NCBI GenBank assembly: GCA_965178125.1
Contig: OZ237758.1
Span: 806,001-870,000 of the forward strand
DNA: 64,000 bases
DNA from: Bilabrum cf. latius
Taxonomy: Eukaryota
Reading direction: 5' to 3'
The notes beneath the pieces are model-generated. The model ran no database searches. It was not told the origin of the DNA and worked only from the letters and a program-made list of their open reading frames with translations. This document shows, piece by piece, positions 26,337-37,221 of the stretch (position 1 is the stretch's first letter; each line of letters begins with the position of its first letter). The translations under genes and the position numbers were made by a program.

Positions 26337-27739
26337 TCATTGCCGCCCCTCCCCCCCCTGCCCGTCACCCTCCTCCGCCTCCCCCGCTCGTTTCGCCCTC
26401 CACCTCCTCTCCCTGTCCCTGGCAAGCACCTCCCTGGCCCACGCCTTCTTCTCCTCGGCTCTCGCTGCCTCCTCCAGCGTGATGGTGGCAAATGTCACGT
26501 CGTCGTCACCATCCCTCAGCCGCTACCGCTGGGACCGCTCCCCGACCGCCTCCTCGCCCAGAGTCTCCTCCACGTCCGCCCTGGTCAGCGACTCCCGGAC
26601 CAGCTCCATCTCCTCCTCGGTGGCCTCCCCCGCCCGGGCCCTGGCTCCGATGGCCAGCGGCGAGTCGGGCACGAGGGTCGGCATCGGCTACCTCTGCCTC
26701 GCACCCGCCAACACAGCTCGCTTGAACCTGCCCTGCCGCGTGGGGTCATACTCGAACGGCTTGGCTAGCTCCACGTCGTCTTCCTTCCCCGCCAGGATGA
26801 CCTTCGCCTTCATGACCTCGTCGTAGTCTGCCAGCCGCTGCCGCTGCTCGGCCAGCTCTTCGGCGTACACGCTCTCGTCCTTAGGGTCGTTGATGCTGCC
26901 GATCTTTACGGCAAGTTCGCCGTTTGCTACCGAGCCGGGGGTGGCCAGCAGGTTACGGAAGGGTTCTCGCAGGAGCGTCTCCATCGGGACGATGCCGGTG
27001 TAGGGCGTCGCCTTTTTGGCTCCGAGTGCCTTCTCGCGCATCTGCAGCTGCCTTCGCTTCCAGGCCAGGTACTCCTCTTCGATTCCCGGGAACGTGACCT
27101 TGGTGGCTTCCTCGGGGGCGGTGTCGGAGGGCCCCGGCCCGCGCCTGGGCCTGCGGCGCTTGCCGTGGTCCTCGGGCCACGGGATGGTAGCACCCGATAC
27201 GCTCGCTATCCTGATTTTGTCCCCGGCCTCGTCTTTGCCGTATCTAACTCTAGTAGCCATGCTGCAAAGGTTGGGTTCAGGCGGGTTGAAAACGAAGGGG
27301 AGCCAGTGGTGCGGCCCGTCTGCGAGTGGACGGCAGTGGGCGAGCAGGCAGAGCCAAGTTCCTACGGTCCTGCTTACTTGGTCTCTGGGCAGACAAGCTG
27401 CACGTTGCTATAGTGAATTGCCTATTCTTGGCGAACAATACCGCCTGGTTCATTGCCCTTCGGACGGACGTGCTTTGCAATGTAGTTGACGCCTTGCACG
27501 TATACCCTGTTCTTCTTCCGGTCAACGCGAAGTACCTTCCCACTCCTACTGGTCTCATGGCCTGCAATTACAACAACAGTATCACCACGAACGATGCGCC
27601 ATCGTTTGTTAACAGGCTTTGGCGGCTATGTGGTTCGGAGCTTCATGGCCTTCTCTTTTAGGATATTTCTCCACGGCCTGGGAGCCATCTATCGCTGCAT
27701 CTGGCGCATCGCACTACCAGCACTCTATCCAGCAGACAT
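26337..27739 (-). CDS. MRPL24: Mitochondrial-type ribosomal protein uL24 with a long C-terminal extension; complement(join(26337..27261,27378..27739))
   Basis: RWRIVRGDTVVVIAG..GKVLRVDRKKNRVYVQGVN..KH..GGIVRQE*AIHYSNVQLVCP..TRV is a KOW/L24 pattern. In-frame TAG at 27725, 27689, 27626, 27422, 26688 and 26523. GT-AG intron at 27262-27377. Ends TGA. Confidence 0.85.
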
Positions 27740-27902
27740 GATCTAGCACTAGACTTTGGAATAGCGCTCTAGATTGTACACATCGGATTGGGGTTCACGG
27801 TGTTATTATAACGTGTAGATAAGACCAGAACTCTGGATTAAAATTCTGGGAACACGACGACGATGAGCACCTTTGGAGATTTAGCAGTAAAGCTAGCCAA
27901 TC

Positions 27903-28948
27903 ATGTCGGTCGTCAGCTTCTCGTTCGATGTAGCTAGCAAGGAGGGACTTAAGCAGCTGGATGCTTTCCTGGTTTCTCGCAGCTACGTGGTAGGGTGAGG
28001 GCAGATTGGTGATGAACTGCGACGCAGCAGGTCCAGTGGAATCGACTTTTCCTGCCGGTGTCACTGGTGATTTGAGCGCTGCGCGGCGCATTGGTTGCAT
28101 CAATACTGTAGATAGCCTGGACATTGGATTCTTGGCGGAGGAAGGTTGCTGTGGGGCCCCGTGGCCTGGGATGCGACTGGCCAGAAGCCGGGCCGAATGG
28201 CAATCGTGCTGCTTTTTCATTGGAGTGGCGAACGATTGGATGGAGCGCTACCTATTTCTTTTAGATTTCTAACCAACTGATTGGACGAAGCGATGCTGGC
28301 GCACATTCGTTGCCTCTTGACATTCTACAAGCTCCGTATCGCAGTTTCACGCCGACCAAGGCCGACATCGCCCTCAAGAACGCGATCGGCAAGGCCCCCA
28401 GCAAGGAGGAGTTCCCCAACGTGTTCAGGTACTTCAACCACATTGCTTCCATCCATGAGGCACGCGTGAAGTCTCTTCCCCAGGGTGTGGCTATCGCCGT
28501 GGGCGCCGCTGGCGCCGCCGCCGCCGCTGCCGGTGGCAAGGCCGCCGCTGATTCGGATGATGAGGATGACGACGACGACGATGACATGTTCGGTGACGAT
28601 TCCGACGACGATGCCGTGGCCGCCGCCGCCGCCGCCGCCGCCCAGAAGGCCGCTGACAAGAAGAAGAAGGCCAAGAAGATCGAGCGCTCGCAGGTGGTGT
28701 ACGACCTCTCCCCCGAGGAGGAGGACACCAAGCTGGAGGACATCGAGGCCGCCGTGCGCGCCATCGACATGGACTCGCTCGTGTGGGGCGAGGCTTTCGG
28801 CAAGAACCACGTGGTGGCGTCCATCTACGCCCTGCGCATCCAGGCCGTGATGGAGGACGAGAAGGTCGGCCTGTACGACCTCGAGGACGCACTCGAGGCC
28901 ATCGAGGGCGTGCAGTCCGTGCGCCAGGTGGCGCACAACAAGCTCTGA
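27903..28948 (+). CDS. EEF1B: Translation elongation factor 1-beta; join(27903..27994,28345..28948)
   Basis: GLKQLDAFLVSRSYVVGFTPTKAD N-terminus, acidic DDDDMFGDD linker and a C-terminal GEF domain (RAIDMDSLVWGE..VQSV..HNKL). No TAG. Ends TGA. Confidence 0.93.
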
Positions 28949-29314
28949 GCAGAGTTGCACGCGGCGTCGCGCTGTGCTGCCGGGGCATGCGCCCACTATT
29001 TTGGGCGATGGCTCGGTGGACTTCGGAGTTGCATCCCGCTCGGGGGATGGCGGGGCACACGAAGGCAGGTGCGCTTGACTCGATTTTATTGCTTGCGTCA
29101 CATGCCCGAGTTCCGCTATTGATAGGACTATCGTCTACCACGTTCAATGTCATGTATGCATGGCACTCTTGCCACAAGGTCAAACTGAATACAGTGCGTT
29201 TTACAGCCGCAGCAACGGTGACAACAGAGATCTAGTCGTACGCAAGGCAATACCGACAAACTGTTCCTGTGATCGATGCAGCGCAGCGCTCGCGATAATC
29301 TTTGCACCTCGCTC

Positions 29315-31423
29315 TCACGTATCCGCGTCGCCTCTCTCGAACCCGAGCCCCCGCGCCTCTGCTGAAGACAGCCGATCCGGGCGTGCAGCCACACCCCTTA
29401 CCGTGCCACCCGCAGGGGAGGAACGTCCCCGATGAGACCCCTCCGCACCGCCGTCCCCACCTCGGGACGCACTGTTCCCTGCCGCTGCCGCCGCCGTCAT
29501 TCCCGAGGCCCTCCCCATCCTGTCCCCGTCACTCCCATCAGCATGACCTCCAGGACTCCCCGCATCCCCTTTGATCCTCCTCCTGAGCCGCTGCACCAGC
29601 TCCCTTTGTTCCCTGTATGCCTGCACGGCGGACTGCTGCGCGGCCATCACCCGCACGTTGATGGATTCCTGCCGGTGCACCTCGTTCTCCAGCAAGCGAA
29701 CTTTCCTTATCTGAGCGAAGAGTTTCCTCGCCACCGAATCCCTCTCTTCCGTCACCGCCGCCAACTGCTGGTCTCTCCTCTCGAGCGCCTGCGTGGCCCG
29801 CGCCTGCATGCCCGACACGAGATCCAGGGACATCCTCACCTCCTCGATGGCGCGCTGGGCCGCCGCCCCATCCCGCTCCAGAGCGAGCAGCCTGGGTCGC
29901 CAGGACTCCGCGTTCTTCTCCTTGGTTGCAACCGCGGAGTCGCGCTGCTGCCGCAGGGAGGCGGACTGGTCCAGGGCCAGGCCGAGCTTCGCTTCCAGCC
30001 TGGACGAACGTTCCCTCTCCTGCCGAAGCTCGGCCTCGAGCTGCCTTGCGTTGGACAAGGCTTCTTCCAGCCGGATCGTCTGCTGCCCGCCGGTGCCTAG
30101 GAGCTCACTGCCTCCTGACTTCCCCCCCTTTGCTGAGGAAGAGGAGGAGGAGGAAGATGACCCGCCCGCCTTCCTGCTCCCGCCCGCCGCCCCACCATGG
30201 TGGTGGTGACCCCCCGCCTCCACCTTCGCCTGCAGCTCCTGAGACTTGGCCCGCTCCTCCAGCAACTGTGCCTTCAGCCGATCGCGCTCCGCCTCTAGGC
30301 CTAAAATCGCGTCGGCATCCGTCAGGCCTTCCTCCGCTAGCCGGGCCCGCCTCACGATCTGCTCCAAGTCCAGGAACCCGCGCGCCACCTACAGCAGTCG
30401 ACGCACCTCGAGAGAGGCCTGCGCCTCCGTAGATCGCCCTCCCTCCGCGTCTGCCTGCGCGCCCACCTACCTCTGTATGCTGGATGCCAGCAGTTGAGCA
30501 TCGGACATGATTCCCAGGCTGAGATCGAGCCGCTGCTTGCGCTGGATCAAGAAATCGAACAGCCTCACCAGCAGCGAGCTCCGTATCTCAAGCAGCCGAA
30601 CCACCGAAGGCAAAGCTTGCGGGCCGCCTGCAGACGAACCAAATGCTACAGCGGGCGCCCCGGCCCCGTCCGCGCCCGATCCACCGGTGGATCCACCGCC
30701 GGTCTTGCCCTCCGAGGATTCGCCCGCCCGCCCCCCCAAACCATGCAGCATGCGCCGCTGCGCCCGAACAGACCCCGCACCTCCCGCGACAGCACGTCTG
30801 CTGGAGCCCCCGCTGGCACCGGCCCTGCCCCTGCCCCTGCCTGCACCCCTGAAGCCGCCGTCATCCTCAGCGTCATCGACCCCAGCCACGGTGATGGATC
30901 TGAGCTGCTTCTCCAGCTGAGCCACCTCGTGGTCTGCGGCCGGCATCGAGGGAACAGCAGGCTCGCTCGCGGCCGTTCGCACTGCCTTGGGCCTGCCTCC
31001 ATTGGCAGCCGTGCTCGTCTCTCCCAGCTCGTCCCCCGTTAATTTCAAGCCCGCCATCAAGGCGCGGCGCTTTCGTTGCTCCCTTTCCTTCTCGGGCTAA
31101 AATACGTGGGTAGACAGCTCTCCTAGCACAATGCGAGCGTCTGCTTTAGTTCTCAGCACGAAGTCTAGCAGCATCTTGCGATGCTTGCTAGCCGGGTCCT
31201 CGCTAAGCAACCTCTCAACGTCCTCTGCCGTCCTGAGCCGCCGGCACGCGGCAAGCTGCTGGCTTACCACTGATGTCAAGCGCTCAGCATCCTGCTGAAA
31301 TGAGCCCACCAGCCGACGAGAAGCCAGTGGACCTTCAGTTTCGGACGCGCCGCTGCGCATGTCCTTAACTGCATCGGTCATTCGACGTGAAATGGCCAAT
31401 GCACCGCGTTCAGGCTCTGCCAT
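29315..31423 (-). CDS. ~700-aa coiled-coil protein, function unknown
   Basis: Three ORFs in one frame, joined through TAG at 31097, 30467 and 30389. E/R/Q/L-rich heptads. Ends TGA. Confidence 0.7.
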
Positions 31424-31628
31424 ACTACCTATTTATTCAAAATATCGGTCAGCACCGGGAAATTATTGCGCTTGCAAGGGAAACTGCCGCTTCAAGCACG
31501 TTCAGTCAGCAACGGCACTGTGGGGTCGCGAGGTTCCGCTTAAGCGCGGCGCCGCTGGGTGGTCGCACGAACATGTCCCGGAAGAGGCCAGACTGCAACA
31601 GCTACCTGGCGCCACAGCTCAGCGAATT

Positions 31629-32260
31629 ATGAGCTACAAAGAAGAGAACACGCTCGGTAAGATGTTGGAAACTTAGAATTCTTGCCGCAACTGCTGTTGC
31701 GATGTGTAGAAGTCCCTTCTTGCCGTGCTATATACTTGCCGCTGCAGACGAGCGAAAGGAGGAGTCCGCAAAGATTCGAGAACGCTTCGCCGATCGAGTT
31801 CCAGTGAGTGCTGTACATTAAGCCTTTCTCTTCTTGGTTTGTGCTGTCTGGACTCTGATTCCAACAACTGCATAGCCACTTGCCGTCTGCAGGTGATCGT
31901 GGAGAAAGCTGCTGGAACCGACGCGCCTGACATCGACAAGAAAAAGTTCCTGGTCCCTGGGGACCTCAGCTGCGGCCAATTCCTATACGTGGTGCGGAAG
32001 CGGCTGGACATGTCGCAGGAACAAGCATTGTTCATTTTCGTCGGCAGCTCGATGCCTGCAAACTGTTAGTATTCACGTGGTAGTGCTCGCATGTGTCCCC
32101 AAGCTCCTGATTGATCGACACTTGTTGAGAAGTTTTTGATTTCTTGGCACTACACGCAGCTTCGCTTATGGCTGAGCTGGACGAGAGATATCGCGACGAG
32201 GACGGCTTCCTCTACATGTCGTACAGCGGCGAGAACACTTTCGGGGGAGGCCACGCATGA
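31629..32260 (+). CDS. ATG8: Autophagy protein ATG8; join(31629..31656,31748..31803,31893..32064,32160..32260)
   Basis: The spliced 118-aa product contains [54 protein letters not shown]. Three GT-AG introns. Ends TGA. Confidence 0.95.
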
Positions 32261-32568
32261 CACTAATGCGCGCTAAGATGAATACAATGCGATTTTGGTC
32301 GTACAAATACTTCCGCGAGGAGATTCCTGCCGTGATGCGCGGACAGTAACCCGACCTGGCCAATCGCTTGCTTAGGTCCTCCGGCCTCCACCGTGATAGA
32401 CTACTGGGAACCGAGAACCAAGCAATTGAGGAAGTTAAACAGAGCGTTAAGTACACTTCACAATGGGCGGAAGACATCACAAATCGGCGCGCTACTCTAC
32501 TCGTGCTGCCAGCGACACGTGACACTGGGGGTGAGGGCGAGAGGGGAGTTGCGTGCAAAGGGTGTCTA

Positions 32569-32747
32569 CTAGGCCGGGGAACAGGAGCATGAAGCCATGT
32601 AGCGACGAAGCCAGTCGGCGTGTATTGGGAAAGCGGTGTGTAAATTCGTAGTGTCAGATGAATACCGCATTCAGGTGGGCTGGTGAAGAACCAGTCGTTC
32701 GGGGTGAAGCCCAGTGGGTCCGCGGGACCGGGGGCAGGAATTTTGAG
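32569..32747 (-). repeat. Partial, diverged copy of the ~515-bp zinc-finger-associated repeat
   Basis: Reverse-complement match to ~33463-33641 and direct match to ~48761-48937. Lies just 3' of the ZF-A stop codon. Confidence 0.85.
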
Positions 32748-32756
32748 ATGGGTATC

Positions 32757-34838
32757 TCAGTGTATCTGTGACATGTGTCTCTTGAGATGGCCTGGTTGCC
32801 CGAAGCGCTTGCCGCACACGCTGCACTCGTGCTTGCGCTCCCCCAGATGCACGGTGGTCATGTGCCTCTTGAGATGGCCTGCCACCCCGAAGCGCTTGCC
32901 GCACACCGTGCACTCGTGCTTGCGCTCCCCAAGATGCACGGTGCTCATGTGCGTCTTGAGATCACCTGCCACCCCGAAGCGCTTGCCACACACCATACAC
33001 TCGTGCTCGCGCTCCCCCAGATGTACGGTGCTCATATGCGTCTTCAGATTGCCTGCCTCCCCAAAGCGCTTGCCGCACACCATGCACTCATGATTGCGCT
33101 CCCCCAGATGCACTGTGCTCGTGTGCCTCTTGAGAGTGCCTGCCTCCCCAAAGCGCTTGCCGCACACGCTGCACTCGTGCTTGCGCTCCCCCAGATGCAC
33201 GGTGGTCATGTGCCTCTTGAGATGGCCTGCCACCCCGAAGCGCTTGCCGCACACCGTGCACTCGTGCTTGCGCTCCCCAAGATGCACGGTGCTCATGTGC
33301 GTCTTGAGATCACCTGCCACCCCGAAGCGCTTGCCACACACCATACACTCGTGCTCGCGCTCCCCCAGATGTACGGTGCTCATATGCGTCTTCAGATTGC
33401 CTGCCTCCCCAAAGCGCTTGCCGCACACCATGCACTCATGATTGCGCTCACCAAGATTGAACCTCAAAAATTCCTGCCCCCGGTCCCGCGGACCCACTGG
33501 GCTTCACCCCGAACGACTGGTTCTTCACCGGTCCACCTGAATGCGGTATTCATCTGACACTACGAATGTACACACCACTTTCCCCATGCACCCGACTGGC
33601 CTCGTCGCCACATGGCTTCCTGTTCCTGTTCCCCGCCCTAGGGACCGTGTGCTTTGCTCCCAGCATCGCCACCTTGGCCCTATCCTTTCAGCTTGCACGC
33701 GCCGGTCCTGGCCGACCTGCCGTGCGCCCCATCTGTCCACCCACCTGTTGGCCTTCTGCGTGCTGCTGGCCATGCAGTCCGCTGCCACCCGCGTCTCCCT
33801 CGTGCCTTGCACCTGGAGCCCCCATTCCTCCCGTTGTGTTCTCCCTGTTGACACCGCACTGTCGTCGCCTGTGCCGGTGTCCCCCTCTTCTTCTCCACCT
33901 CCTGTCCTCCCGCCTCGTCTTCCGTCTCACCTCTGCTCCCCGTTGCTTCAATCCTGATGTCCGAGTACATATAACAGCACCACAGTCATGTGTGTCTTGA
34001 GATGGCCTGCCACCCCGAAGCGCTTCCCGCACACCATGCACTCATGATTGCGCTCCCCCAGATGCACTGTGCTCGTGTGCCTCTTGAGAGTGCCTGCCTC
34101 CCCAAAGCGCTTGCCGCACACGCTGCACTCGTGCTTGCGCTCCCCCAGATGCACGGTGGTCATGTGCGTCTTGAGATGGCCTGCCTCCCCGAAGCGCTTG
34201 CCGCACACGCTGCACTCGTGCTTGCGCTCCCCCAGATGCACCGTGCTCATGTGTGTCTTGAGATGGCCTGCCTTCCCGAAGCGCTTCCCGCACTCGATGC
34301 ACTCGTGCTTGCGCTCCCCATGATGCACAACAGACACGTGCCGCCTCAAGTTTCTCATCGATCCCAGTGCCTTGCCGCATATCTCGCACATGTACCGATG
34401 CGGATGATTACCATGCTCGATGCGCCGTCTCTTGGACCCGGAGAGACTGCTCGATTTCTAGACCCCCGTGTGTCTGTTGCGCTTCTGCCCAGCGGATGCT
34501 GAGCCCGATTCGCCCCATCGGCCAGCAGGCATTGCATCGGCGGCATCATCTTCCAGCTCGAAACGGCCCGACATCGTACCACAAGACTCAGACTGAACGG
34601 CACCAGCAGCTCGTGGTTCACTTGTGTCATTCCTCTGCAAGCGGCTTGCATCGGGCTGCATCGCAACCGGTGCTTGTAGGCCACTACTTGAAGACACATC
34701 CGATACAGTCAAGGCCGACCCGGACACCGCACGAACCTCATCCTCCTCGCTATCACTGCCTGATGAATCGCTGACTAGATCGATCACTTCGTCAGACTCA
34801 GCGCTTACTCCTGCCATGCGGACACCAGTTTTTGACAA
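32757..34838 (-). pseudogene. C2H2 zinc-finger array gene ZF-A (~13 fingers), interrupted by an insertion; paralogue of 35679-37046
   Basis: The N-terminus is near-identical to ZF-B. In-frame TAG at 34458 where the paralogue has AAG. Five fingers, then the 33465-33976 insert (brings a TGA at 33948), then eight fingers with a 348-bp internal duplication. May still give a truncated product. Confidence 0.7.
33465..33976 (+). mobile_element. ~512-bp dispersed repeat, putative non-autonomous element or LTR-like fragment
   Basis: Near-identical inverted copy at 48420-48937. It interrupts a zinc finger. No terminal inverted repeat, clear target-site duplication or transposase seen. Confidence 0.55.
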
Positions 34839-34993
34839 AGTGCTTCTCGAGTCTAAAAGTTGGTCCCTAGAATATCAAGAATGCCAGAAATATGCTACCT
34901 CTCCCGCCAACACGAGACAATCCAGGATCCTGCATTCATCTTCGATCCTTGCAAGCCCCACTGGCTTGGCAAAGGCCGCTTCCCACAGCCTCA

Positions 34994-35617
34994 TCACCCT
35001 TCCAGAGCCCGCACTTCATCCACAGACAGACCCACTGGCATCGTCACCAACACACACAGCAACGGACGCACCAACCCACCAGCCGACCCATCCAGAGCCA
35101 GAGGATCCCGCGCAAGCAGCGCCCGGATACGAGCCCCGGGGGCCCCTCCCGCATCGAGGCACGACAGCCCGAACCGCACCACGTGCGTCTGCTGAGGCAC
35201 CAGCACAGGCACCGCCTGCACGGGCCCCTCCGCTCCCCCCTCCCCATCCCCCACGCGGTACTGAGCCGGGTCCCACTCAAGCGCAAGCACCATCCCGCGC
35301 ACCATCCGCGCCCCGGCGTTCGTCAGCGACACCGTCAGCAGGAAGCGAGGACCCAGCCCAGTCACCTCCGCGCTGGCCCGCACCTGACCCCCCGCCGCCC
35401 CCGCCGTCCCATCTGCTGCCCCCGCCCCCGCTGCCTGCGCCCCCACGAATGCCCTGGCCACTTTCAGCCGGAGCCGCGCCAGGTCCCTCTGGAAGGCCGC
35501 GTGCATGGCGGCGGGCTCCTCCCGCTCCCTGGCCGCCAGTTCCACGAAGAGCTTGGTCTTGGGCTTGATGGGCAGGGGCACGTCCTGCTCGGAGGGGGCG
35601 CCCGTCTTGGACAGCAG
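34994..35617 (-). pseudogene. Duplicated 3' fragment of BBS1
   Basis: Near-identical to 37222-37845 (offset 2228). Identity stops abruptly at 35617. Confidence 0.9.
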
Positions 35618-35678
35618 AGATACAGCTCCGTGTCGTTTGGAACAAGTTGCAAACAATAACATGAGCTTGCGAGCTATC

Positions 35679-37046
35679 TCAGTGTATCCGCGACATGTGT
35701 TTCTTCAGATCACTTCCTTGCCCGAAGTGCTTCCCGCACACGCTGCATTCGTGATTGCGCTCCCCAAAATGCACGGTGATCATGTGCTTCTTGACATCAC
35801 CTGCCTGCCCGAAGCGCTTCCCGCACACGCTGCACTCGTGATTGCGCTCCCCCAGATGCACGGTGGTCATGTGCCTCTTGAGACTGCCTGCCACCCCGAA
35901 GCGCTTCCCGCACACCATGCACTCGTGCTTGCGCTCCCCCAGATGCACGGTGGTCATGTGCTTCTTGAGATTGCCTGCCACGCCGAAGCGCTTCCCGCAC
36001 ACCATGCATTCGTGCTTGCGCTCCCCAAGATGCACAGTGGTCATGTGCTTCTTGAGATTGCTTGCCCGCCCGAAGTGCTTCCCGCACTCAATGCACTCGT
36101 GATTGCGCTCCCCAAGATGCACTACGCTCATGTGCGTCTTGAGACCACCTGCCTTCCCGAAGCGCTTGCCGCACACGCTGCATTCGTGCTTGCGCTCCCC
36201 AAGATGCACGGTGGTCATGTGTGTCTTGAGACTGCCTGCCTCCCCGAAGCGCTTCCCGCACACCATGCACTCGTGATTGCGCTCACCCAGATGTACGGTG
36301 GTCATGTGCCTCTTGAGATCACTTCCTTGCCCGAAGCGCTTCCCGCACACGCTGCACTCGTGCTTGCGCTCCCCCAGATGCACGGTGCTCATGTGCGTCT
36401 TGAGACCACCTGCCTCGGCGAAGCGCTTCCCGCACACCATGCACTCGTGCTTGCGCTCCCCAAGATGCACCGTGGTCATGTGTTTCTTGAGATCACCTGC
36501 CTCCCCGAAGCGCTTCCCGCACACGCTGCACTCGTGCTTGCGCTCCCCCAGATGCACAATAGATACGTGCCGCCTCAAGTTTCTCATCGATCCCAGTGCC
36601 TTGCCACATATTTCACACATGTACGCATGTCGATGAATACCATGCTCGATGCGCCGTCTCTTGGATCCGGAGAGACTGCTCGATTCCTTGACCCCTATGT
36701 GTCTGTTGCGCTTTTGCCCAGCGGATGCTGAGCCCGATTCGCCCCATCGGCTAGGATGCATACCATCGGCGGCATCATCTCCCAGCTCGAAACGGTCCGA
36801 AATCGTACCACGAAACTCAGACTGAGCGGCACCCGGAGCTCGCGGTCCACTTGTGTCATTCCTCTGCAAGCGGCTTGCATCGGGCTGCATCGCAACCGGT
36901 GCTTGTAGGCCAGCACTGGAAGACACATCCCATACAGTCAAGGCCGACCCGGACACCGCACGAACCTCATCCTCATCGCTGTCGCTGCCTGAAAAATCGC
37001 TGACTAGATCGATCACGTCGTCAGACTCAGCGCTTACTCCTGCCAT
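35679..37046 (-). CDS. C2H2 zinc-finger array protein ZF-B (11 fingers, 29-aa unit)
   Basis: Intact 455-aa ORF of HECxxCGKRFGxAGxLKxHMxTVHLGERK repeats. N-terminal DVIDLVSD followed by an acidic run, and KRRR. Ends TGA. Confidence 0.92.
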   Translation of the reverse strand: MAGVSAESDDVIDLVSDFSGSDSDEDEVRAVSGSALTVWDVSSSAGLQAPVAMQPDASRLQRNDTSGPRAPGAAQSEFRGTISDRFELGDDAADGMHPSRWGESGSASAGQKRNRHIGVKESSSLSGSKRRRIEHGIHRHAYMCEICGKALGSMRNLRRHVSIVHLGERKHECSVCGKRFGEAGDLKKHMTTVHLGERKHECMVCGKRFAEAGGLKTHMSTVHLGERKHECSVCGKRFGQGSDLKRHMTTVHLGERNHECMVCGKRFGEAGSLKTHMTTVHLGERKHECSVCGKRFGKAGGLKTHMSVVHLGERNHECIECGKHFGRASNLKKHMTTVHLGERKHECMVCGKRFGVAGNLKKHMTTVHLGERKHECMVCGKRFGVAGSLKRHMTTVHLGERNHECSVCGKRFGQAGDVKKHMITVHFGERNHECSVCGKHFGQGSDLKKHMSRIH

Positions 37047-37221
37047 GCCGACACCAGCTTACACAAACTGCTTCTTGAGTCTTAAAGTTGGTCCCTAGAC
37101 AATCAAGAATGCCAGAAATATGCTACCTCTCCCGCCAACAGGAGACAATCCAGGATCCTGCCTTCATCTTCAATCCTTGCAAGCCCCAAAGGCTTGGCAG
37201 ACGCCGCTTCCCACAGCCTCA

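Noticed and set aside
32757-36625. CRISPR-like array
   Set aside because: The units are 87-bp coding zinc-finger repeats without unique spacers, and there are no cas genes.
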